Shown: piece by piece, positions 29,601 to 34,708 of the stretch
Position numbering within the stretch: position 1 is the first letter of the stretch
Layout of the letters: every line of letters starts with the position of its first letter
Assembly (NCBI GenBank): GCA_017428635.1
Contig: JAFRQK010000008.1
Coordinates: 1,410 to 65,409, forward strand
DNA: 64,000 nucleotides
From: Clostridia bacterium
GTDB taxonomy: Bacteria; Bacillota; Clostridia; Oscillospirales; CAG-272
Direction: 5' to 3'
Translations under genes and position numbers: made by a program
The notes under the pieces: model-generated
What the model saw: only the letters and a program-made list of their open reading frames with translations
What the model was told of the DNA's origin: nothing
The model's database searches: none

Positions 29601-30495
29601 CGCCTCCGATACCGGTACCGGACCCGTTGATCTCTGCATTGACTTCGCAGAATGCGACGCACGCGTCCTTGCCGGAGCAGCCCGCGATACCGCCTACGTA
29701 GTCGCAGCCCGAGACCGTACCCGAGAAGGTACAGTTGTAGATCTCGCCGTAATTGCATCCCGCGATACCGCCTACGTAGTTATTGCCGCTGACCGCTGCG
29801 GCTGAAACGCTCAGACTCTCGACCCCGCCGGTCACGCAGCCGAACAGGCCTGCGTAGTCCCCGTCGCTTTTGATTGCAAGCCCGGAGATGACGTGACCTT
29901 TACCCAAAAACGTTCCGGCGAACGTGATATCCCAGGCGCATCCGATCGGCGTCCAGTTCTCGTCGCTCAGCGTCAGATCATCCGTCAATGAGAAATACTG
30001 ACCGGAGCAGGAGTTGCCCGCGTTGACGATCCCGGCGAGCGCCTTAAGATCTTCAACGGAGGATATCTTGAAGGGGTCGGACTTGGAGCCGCTGCCTCCG
30101 AAAGTCTCTTCGGGCTTTACGTCGAAAGTTCCCGTCCGGTGTACGGCAGAGACCACCGGTTCCGGATCGGGTTTTTTATCCGATCTTATATTGACCGAGA
30201 ACTCGCCCGAGGGAGCCGCATATGTTTTTGTAAGGTCCGCAGGCGCGTCGCCGCTTATTTCAAACGGCTGCGCGGACGCGGCGAGAACTCTCTCAAAGTC
30301 CTGTCGGCCGTCGCTCAAAGGAGGAGTAAACTCCGCAGGTTTGAGATCATCCTGCAACAGATCCGTTTTCGCCGCGTCCCTTTTGATATCAACGACGTTC
30401 ACGTCCTCTGTGAGCGCGTTCGCCGCGACCTCCGGGATCAGACAAAGGCACATCGCCAACGTCAGGATCAGAGCAAAAAAGCGTTTTGTCAGCAT
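20698..30495 (-). CDS. Giant (3265 aa) SLH-anchored surface protein with GLUG-type repeats
   Basis: Signal peptide (MLTKRFFALILTLAMCLCLIPEVAANA). About 45-50 GLUG-like repeats, counted by eye. Three Listeria-Bacteroides-type repeats (GYxFxGWNTxADGSG). Two discoidin-like segments. Eight ~68-aa Cys modules. Three C-terminal SLH domains (FTDVP.., FKDVV.., FEDVV..). Confidence 0.9.
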   Translation of the reverse strand: MLTKRFFALILTLAMCLCLIPEVAANALTEDVNVVDIKRDAAKTDLLQDDLKPAEFTPPLSDGRQDFERVLAASAQPFEISGDAPADLTKTYAAPSGEFSVNIRSDKKPDPEPVVSAVHRTGTFDVKPEETFGGSGSKSDPFKISSVEDLKALAGIVNAGNSCSGQYFSLTDDLTLSDENWTPIGCAWDITFAGTFLGKGHVISGLAIKSDGDYAGLFGCVTGGVESLSVSAAAVSGNNYVGGIAGCNYGEIYNCTFSGTVSGCDYVGGIAGCSGKDACVAFCEVNAEINGSGTGIGGVVGWANNIAGAGSHNDALNDPGSNATGEGLVTECTFTGELTGRSPYGLGIATSENGTITITVTANAFGGIVGWNNGSTVDSCINNGTVNGDDFAGGIVGDSCNGGVVKSCENYGTVTGASMLNGGIAGRIAEGSIEGCINFGAVSGGDFTGGVVGAIDKYSSISGCLGMGGSSVTSADGKYVGGVAGISNCFIKSCGNYGSVTGAYGVGGVVGWTTKDIHTCGNEGAVICTGSEGRVGGIVGCTYGLVENCDNHGNIDGVTNVEGEVKAPAVGGVGGYLFGSMKNCENHGSVTGGVSVGGCAGGAHSTGLISGCTNNVDVSGVSQVGGVIGVAYCLVSDCANLSGGTVTGSDERTGGVIGYLDANGKAEHVRNEGTVIGARYVGGLIGMAKCEVNGLTNDGSVTGGEYAGGIAGYCDVVTACTNNGAVMSLTNGNIGGIVGGTKGSVTSCSNTGNVEGKGAVGGIAGAALAVVKDCTNSGGVNGSDIYTGGIVGYGGDGSEVSGCTNAAAVSGTQYVAGIVAYLYGNSGVSDCRNTEDGTVTGSGTEVGGIVGSASSPVSNCENSGAVSGHGTVGGIAGLSTSDAPIDRCTNTGSAVVTCAGDVAGGILGAGTCTVDNCVNEGSVTGHDHTGGIAGTVFNTGAVRNCRNKGNVTGEDCVGGLVGKIGETADGTVPSGLLENSKNSGAVNGVFSVGGAAGIVHGTVRDCENSGTITGKNNGVGGVVGYCMAGGSVSGCKNLIAFTAGSNISGGVVGANCGTVSGCVNNGEVKGGEFDPIGGIVGSNESNAEITGCTNTATVSGSSTHVGGIAGANHGKITGCANGGQISTTAGLIGGIVGESSGDVADCTNTGNVNARTGSTAYAGGIVGRANGGDITGCSNTAQIYAGEGTGGIVGIISGSKSVTNCTNTGYINAPAGYAGGIVGSLQDNCNVSNCTNGNSVNGNGKQDVGGIVGQAGSGNTISDCVNNGTVSGGKSTGGILGVNGSSGNYTKLTNNGNVTGTLQVGGIVGDCSASVSDCLNTGSITGTGDASGDGVGGIIGRTSISGTTSQCENKGSVVGTYMTGGIVGVAGCNVEKCYNHGNVTCNVGGESNSGVGGIVGYSSGMTISKCVNYAAISGGSNGKRIGGIVGWTSHTNVELCRNYSDVQGYKEAGGIAGYTYDTGNPHNGKNYTTVQKCINTGNVSASAKIWWEGLTLHYTSACAGGIVGKADWYTVIDQCANNNPNAKITAPDGDRVGGIVGYLYNATVQNSYNTAQVSGYDRAGGIVGEMRATSLMQTCFNFTGIISQAYFAGTRGALLGYYDSRYTSPTFKNNYWKHTSALGPINGKGEISSEGGQYDYLDHWGGGKKFKDQSSFTGFDFTSIYTMQSDRPKLQIEPSVPAYNNVGPDENPDPMPKTVRIYTVRNLADLRDKVNSGNYDFSGTTVYLCADLDMSSVSDWTPIGTNSRAYRGTFDGQGHTVYNLKVSGNVGHAGLFGASYALIKNLEVHGSVSSSSNLTGSCVGGVLGVSLGGRVESCSFYGNVSSTGANTYSGGVLGAVSGGGASNCYHVGTVSGSTVGGVTGYIYTGNLENCFHYSGSVTGSKNVGGVIGENVKGTVKNCFALSGTASGAISTGSSTNVGFRSAADFCGSGPIVAGGWSSGVWVAGGDHPEIRALCRIATIDPNGGSGSAGQYGVRRFGGTLPPSPFSRDGYILVGWNTAADGSGTPYNCGDSIGADVTLYAQWLKGTPYHGYASSAAGALFDNNNGTSWTGGAIGSGESTVIDFRSNDAVRPSAIAFVTSGNVCSAPPGWRLEGKVNGSGAWTLLASGDGASLSLAGHVVYANLGSVGDDYYSYYRIVWEGPSSALELLDAYLIVADENVDVRRPLILHSNDGTDKTSPVETDNGSSVMLSNPFDHEGKFFLNWNTAADGSGKTYENYAVITVDGALDLYAQWLDGTHYQKYTALKVYDQFTEQVDGVPQDDSQYKGYENEEYFNLLDGTAAKWCTGVRADGSWSLEFTTDEYVKPLGYVLITADDTSSNSGSNPKNWTLEALSGDGTWIMLDGKLQDQSLPAADFAEICRKIGNDREYNTFRITFRGLGKGSTFQLSELYLVTDGSVREPAVSFDGHGGTGNVPQISAKTGSIVTLPECSFTRKGYDFTEWNTKADGSGKSCAPGKDFLVECDSTLYAQWTPSVYTVRFLGDDGKPLYEAAVTAGQLPVYRGPAPVKEGDVDYSYVFEGWDPVIVPADSDKDYNVKYKFIENVYAEPEWKWSDDHSSATASFKCITDPSRTERVTTKNVTAVTTPATCTEAGNIAYTATAVFRNNNYLNTVNVPIGKLGHAYTVTGWEWNGYEKATAQLTCSRNEDHKSTMEAAVTPVRTEPTCEGTGKIVYTASVTIDGNKYSDQKTETLKATGHAYELTGWDWTGYTEAIATFTCKNDKNHVTTAKATITPERTEPTADDDGKIVYTAEVVFENNTYKDQKTEVIPALGRDYELTGWAWDGYASAEASFTDKNGSGDVTMPADIKAERTEPTCETAGKVVYTATVVLNGKTYTDKKTETLKATGHAYEFTEWNWTGYTEAIATFTCKNDKNHVTTAKATITPERTEPTCEGTGKIVYTAEVTFEDNTYKDQATETLDPIGHAYELTEWNWTGYTEADAVFTCKNDKNHVTTETATISPSRTEPTCEKDGLVVYKASVTFNGKTYTDEKSEILKAQDHDWGKPEYVWSEDDASVTATVICGRDSTHVITETVKTNFVLTQCSTYKAEGSGYYSAVFDNELFGEQIKEVTVPAVSCDGGPTCPSKAFTDVPSAEEWVHITVDWAVVNHVTYGTSATTFSPDEDCTRAQFVTFLWRTVGQPETTLTSSPFKDVVPGTWYYTAVLWAYENHITLGTSSTTFSPDEPCSRSQVVTFLWRMEGCEPPAVTETKFEDVVPGEWYYDAVLWAIEKGITQGVSETAFCPDDTCTRVQCVTFIFREFAR
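21330..22860 (-). repeat. Eight tandem ~68-codon Cys-containing modules with near-identical DNA copies
   Basis: Module pattern is W-x-W..F-x-C..EPTC..G..YTA..GH-x-Y. Segment 21815-21920 matches 22268-22373 at 105 of 106 nt. Confidence 0.8.
25650..29900 (-). repeat. In-frame array of GLUG-like coding repeats
   Basis: A period of roughly 19-24 codons, each carrying GG[IV][VAI]G. This generates many spurious Gly/Pro/Arg-rich ORFs in other frames. Boundaries are approximate. Confidence 0.7.
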
Positions 30496-30631
30496 AAAGC
30501 AAACCCCTCTCTGAATTAAAGAAGAAACAACTTGAATATTTATTTTAAATATAACATACTTTTACATAGGTTTCTACATTTGGAGTTATTTTTTTGAATT
30601 TTTATATGTTTGTAATCCGAATTTGGCGGCG

Positions 30632-31975
30632 ATGAATATGTTAGGCGAGATACTCAACGGCGCAGTTCTGCCTTTATCTCTGACGTTTTGCGGTATTATT
30701 CTCGCTTTCAGGGTAAGACTGTTTCGCATCCTATCTCCCGCGGGTTTTTTTCGGGATCTGAAATCTGCGGGAACCGGAAGCGGGACCTCTCCTTTCGTTT
30801 CATTATGTACCGCGCTCGCGGGGACTCTCGGGGTAGGAAATATAGCGGGGGTCGCGACCGCGATCGGTTCCGGCGGCCCCGGAGCCGTTTTCTGGATGTG
30901 GGTCGGTTCGCTTATCTCAACGTCGGTCAAATACGGCGAGGTAACGCTTGCCGTAAAATACAGACGCGTCTCGAAAGAAGGTTTTTACGGAGGAACGCCG
31001 TACACGATCAGAGACGGACTGGCAGACAGGATCGGACGCCGACCCGCGGCAGGCCTCGGCGGTCTGTTCGCCGTTCTGTGCGTTGTAAATTCGCTCGTTA
31101 TGGGAAACCTGATACAGTCAAATTCCGCCGCCTCGATCACCGGAGACGGAAGGATCCGCGTTATCGTCTGTCTTCTTCTCGCGACCGGAGTTGCCGCCGT
31201 CGCGGTCTCTGGTCCGGGTAGGATATGGAAAGTGACCTCCGCGCTTATTCCAGTCCTTTCGTTGATCTACATATCGCTGTCGGCGTACGTGATCGTATCA
31301 AACGTTTCCCTTTTGCCGACTGTTTTCCGCGATATTTTCTCAGGCGCTTTCGGATTTCGCGCAGCCGCGGGCGGCGCCGCTGGGTTCGGAATGAAAGAAG
31401 CGATCAGATTCGGAGTGACGAGGGGGATCTTTTCCAACGAAGCGGGATGCGGTACGTCTCCGACTGCACACGCCGCGTCAAACGTCGACTCGCCTCATAA
31501 ACAAGGCTGCTTCGGGATCTTCGAAGTTGTTTTCGACACGCCCGTACTGTGCACCATGACAGCGGCCGTCGTCCTGATAGGCCGGTTGAAATACGGGATC
31601 ACGGGCAGCGGAGGAGTCGGCGATACGCTTTTCGTTTTCGGTAAACTCGCCGGCCCGTGCGCGTATTTTCTCACCGGCATCTCCGTTTTTCTGTTCGCCT
31701 ATGCGACGGTGATAGCGCAGTTATATTACGGCCGGACCGCCCTGCGGTATCTGACGCCGTCGAGGATCGCGGGAAAATTATTCGGCATCCTGACGGTCGC
31801 GGTTTCCGCGATCGGAGGGTTCATGAAGCCTGCGATAATATGGCCCGTCGCCGATTCCGTCGTGGGAATCATGACGGTTATTAATACGGCGGTGCTGATC
31901 GCGCTGTCGGGGGCGATCTCAAAAGAAGCGGAAGACGGATTAAAACGAAGAAAAATAAAGAGGACGCGCGGTTGA
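30632..31975 (+). CDS. Alanine/glycine:cation symporter (AGCS family)
   Basis: GVGNIAGVATAIGSGGPGAVFWMW signature and a multi-TM profile. ATG 30632 chosen over the listed TTG at 30623. RBS is weak. Confidence 0.8.
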   Translation: MNMLGEILNGAVLPLSLTFCGIILAFRVRLFRILSPAGFFRDLKSAGTGSGTSPFVSLCTALAGTLGVGNIAGVATAIGSGGPGAVFWMWVGSLISTSVKYGEVTLAVKYRRVSKEGFYGGTPYTIRDGLADRIGRRPAAGLGGLFAVLCVVNSLVMGNLIQSNSAASITGDGRIRVIVCLLLATGVAAVAVSGPGRIWKVTSALIPVLSLIYISLSAYVIVSNVSLLPTVFRDIFSGAFGFRAAAGGAAGFGMKEAIRFGVTRGIFSNEAGCGTSPTAHAASNVDSPHKQGCFGIFEVVFDTPVLCTMTAAVVLIGRLKYGITGSGGVGDTLFVFGKLAGPCAYFLTGISVFLFAYATVIAQLYYGRTALRYLTPSRIAGKLFGILTVAVSAIGGFMKPAIIWPVADSVVGIMTVINTAVLIALSGAISKEAEDGLKRRKIKRTRG

Positions 31976-31994
31976 TACCGCACGTCCTCTTCCG

Positions 31995-33956
31995 TTATTT
32001 CTTTCTGAAATGATATCTCTTCGGGATCCCGGGCACCGCGGGTTTCTCCGGCGCGTCGCCGAGAGAGAACTCGTACAGATCCACGAAATCCGACGCGGGC
32101 TTTGCCTCTTCGAAATCGTCGAGTTCAATCTCGTTGAGGTCAAATTTCAAAGTATCCGACTTGTCGATCTCTTCCGCGTTTTCGTCCTCTTCGTATCCTG
32201 CCGCTCCGAATGCGGCGGGACCGACCGGCCCGTCAAGATCGCCGTCATCCGGACCGTCTCCGCCCGGTGAAGCGGGAGGATTGCGTCTCTTCTTTCCGAA
32301 CCGGACGAGGAGGAAGATTATTATCGCCACGATAAGCGTTGCGATCGCGGCAACGGTAAAGAAGAGTTTGAAATTGTATTTGTAAACGAGTCTCGTTTTC
32401 TGTTCTTCGGGTCCCTTATCGTTTTCTTCCGTCTCCGGTCCGGTCTCACCGGTCTCTGCCGTTTCGTCTCCGACAGGCGCGGTTTCCGTCTCGCCTTCTT
32501 TTTCGGAAGTATAAGTAACGACGACCGTGACGTCCGCGGATGCCATGTCGCCCTCGACTTTTTGCTTGTCGGGCTTATATCCTTTTATCTCCGGCGACGT
32601 AACGCTGTAATGCTCTCCTCCGTTGAGTTCCGCCGTATAAGGCTCGTGCATCTCGTAGCCTCTGGTATTCTGATACCTGACGGTCAGAGTGAACGTCTCC
32701 TTACCGACGATCTCGAAGGTGTGCTCGGCGGAACCTTTAACGAATCCTTTACCCGTTATGATGATCTTTCCCTCTCCGGGACCCACGTTGTCGGCGTATT
32801 CAACGGTGTAATGAACGTTTTCGGTAAGTTTTATTCCTTTCAGAAATACTTCGACCGGAGGTTTCTGTTCCTGCTTGTTATAAGTACGGGTCTCGTCATA
32901 GGTACACTCAAGAACGTCGGCGTTGACGGAGGAGAGGCGGCCGTCGGTTTCGAACGTACAGTCGTCCGAAGTCACCCCGGCTTTCATGGCGTAGTCGTCG
33001 CCGAAGCAGTAGATATCGTCTCCGGACAACAGATAACCGGAGAAGAGCGAATTACCGTCAAGATAATAGGTCGAACCGTCCAGCACGAGAAGCTGGCCGG
33101 GCAGGGTGAGTCTTCCTTCTGCGTCGTAAGTATTGCCGTCAACGGTCTGTCCTTTGACCATCTTACCGTCGGCGTCGAAATAGTATATACCGTCGTCGAT
33201 CCTCACGGATCCGTAACAGATGACGTTATTGATGAGATAGTAGGTCGCTCCGTTCACCGTAACGGTCGATCCCGAACCAATAAGATATCCGTTCCCGTCG
33301 AACGATCTTTCGACGCCGTCGATGCTGATCGTTCCAGAGTTGATGTATCCGCCCGCGGAAGAATCGTAAAACCTGATATGGTTCCCTTCGATCTTCCATC
33401 CGGTCGGTGTAAGGTCGGGGTTTTTCGAATAAGTCACGACGATCGCAACGTCGCCGTCTTCAACGCTGCCCTGTACGCGCGCCAGATCGGGCGTATATCC
33501 CCCGACAGCGGGAGACGGAACGTCATATGCTGAATAAACGTAAAGATTTCTCACGTACTGATCCGACGCCGCGGTCCCGTCCTGGAAAAGATAACTGATC
33601 CTGAGCGTCACGGTAGGTTTTTCGGTGATCGGCGAGAACTCGGAAAGAACATCGAAAGCATACGATTGAGCGGTAGATCCGGAATATCCGCGAATGGGAA
33701 CTCCGGACGCGATCGCGCCGGCAGAGATCGCGCAGTTAGGGTTGAGAACGGTAACGCTCGACACTGATCCGAACGAAAAAACGCCGGGTGAGATCGACGT
33801 GACGTCTTCGGGAATAATGACGTCTCCGCCGGTGCCGTAATAACCGGTCAGAGTCCCTCCCTCAATGACGAAATCGGATCTCGAAGCAAAAACGCCGAAC
33901 CCGAGAAGAAGGCAGATCGCAAAAGTGACCGCCAGAACCGCAGCTGTTTTTTTCAT
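31995..33956 (-). CDS. Type-I membrane surface protein with BspA-like LRR, MucBP-like and cell-wall-binding repeats
   Basis: Signal peptide. Choline-binding-type repeats (GATYYLINN.., GIYYFDADGKMVKG, GSTYYLDGN). TM segment FFTVAAIATLIVAIIIFLLV followed by RFGKKRR. Acidic ~110-aa C-terminal tail. Confidence 0.75.
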   Translation of the reverse strand: MKKTAAVLAVTFAICLLLGFGVFASRSDFVIEGGTLTGYYGTGGDVIIPEDVTSISPGVFSFGSVSSVTVLNPNCAISAGAIASGVPIRGYSGSTAQSYAFDVLSEFSPITEKPTVTLRISYLFQDGTAASDQYVRNLYVYSAYDVPSPAVGGYTPDLARVQGSVEDGDVAIVVTYSKNPDLTPTGWKIEGNHIRFYDSSAGGYINSGTISIDGVERSFDGNGYLIGSGSTVTVNGATYYLINNVICYGSVRIDDGIYYFDADGKMVKGQTVDGNTYDAEGRLTLPGQLLVLDGSTYYLDGNSLFSGYLLSGDDIYCFGDDYAMKAGVTSDDCTFETDGRLSSVNADVLECTYDETRTYNKQEQKPPVEVFLKGIKLTENVHYTVEYADNVGPGEGKIIITGKGFVKGSAEHTFEIVGKETFTLTVRYQNTRGYEMHEPYTAELNGGEHYSVTSPEIKGYKPDKQKVEGDMASADVTVVVTYTSEKEGETETAPVGDETAETGETGPETEENDKGPEEQKTRLVYKYNFKLFFTVAAIATLIVAIIIFLLVRFGKKRRNPPASPGGDGPDDGDLDGPVGPAAFGAAGYEEDENAEEIDKSDTLKFDLNEIELDDFEEAKPASDFVDLYEFSLGDAPEKPAVPGIPKRYHFRKK

Positions 33957-34092
33957 TGTCAGTTTATCCTCCTATCGGAGCTTGCGTTCCGATGAATAAC
34001 TCTCGAAATTACTTCGATCATAATGATATCAAATCGACGTCGTATTGTCAATAGTTTTGCGTTCAATACCGCCCCGGAAAGTCCCTTTCCGG

Positions 34093-34121
34093 TTGACTTG
34101 CATCGATCTATGAGTTATACT
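34093..34121 (+). promoter_or_regulatory. Sigma-A promoter (TTGACT, 17 nt, TATACT)
   Basis: Read directly from the sequence. Its position argues against the listed ATG 34129 and for ATG 34189 as the start of the next gene. Confidence 0.55.
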
Positions 34122-34188
34122 TATCATAATGGCAAAATTCCTACGTTTTATACCTTTTCCCGCGGGGTTACGTAATCCGGAGGAAAGC

Positions 34189-34677
34189 ATGAAAGACGGT
34201 GTGATCAAAAGACGCGACCTTTTTCGCGAAATAACGCTCAAAACGTTCACGGATGATATGAAGACCCGACGGTTTACGTCGCGCGAGATGATCGGCTTCT
34301 TTCTTACCTATTTCTTCGGCTTTTTCAAAGATGAACAAGTATTCGCCGTGTTCTTCGATCAAAAAAACAGATACGCGGGAATGCTCCATATTCAGGACGG
34401 AGTTCTGCTCGTCCCCTCTCCCCTCGCCGAGTCGATAGAAAAAAGCGGAAAGGAACTCGGCGCCGCATCTTTCGTTCTTGCGCATAACCATCCCGGAGTT
34501 CCCGCCGCCCCGTCCGCGGAAGACGTTCTTTCGACCGCAGCGGTAAGAAATTACTTTGATGGGACGCCGCTTGTTTTTCTCGACCATTTCATTATTTCGG
34601 GAAACGATTTTTCGACTATGCTGACCGATACGCTCTGGAAAAAGAGATACGACGGAGGAAGAACGGCGCTGTTCTGA
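34189..34677 (+). CDS. RadC-like JAB/MPN domain protein
   Basis: JAB metalloprotease-like motif LAHNHPGVPAAPSAEDV (HxH..S..D). GGAGGA RBS before ATG 34189. The N-terminal HhH region of canonical RadC is absent. Confidence 0.7.
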   Translation: MKDGVIKRRDLFREITLKTFTDDMKTRRFTSREMIGFFLTYFFGFFKDEQVFAVFFDQKNRYAGMLHIQDGVLLVPSPLAESIEKSGKELGAASFVLAHNHPGVPAAPSAEDVLSTAAVRNYFDGTPLVFLDHFIISGNDFSTMLTDTLWKKRYDGGRTALF

Positions 34678-34708
34678 TCCCGATCACGATGAAAGGAGAG
34701 TACGTCCC

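Noticed and set aside
21361-30519. Many 60-480-aa ORFs in other frames and on the plus strand across the giant gene (e.g. 21361..22803, 27496..28257, 30014..30514)
   Set aside because: They are by-products of Gly-rich GGN-type repeat coding and of the internal DNA repeats. Their products are Arg/Pro/Gly/Ala-rich low-complexity strings. The 9.8-kb minus-strand frame is continuous and domain-rich.
30520-30620. AT-rich intergenic stretch considered as a possible oriC/dif-like site or ECF-dependent promoter
   Set aside because: There is no cluster of DnaA boxes and no convincing XerCD dif palindrome. No clear GAAC..CGT ECF motif was found. It is most simply a divergent promoter region.
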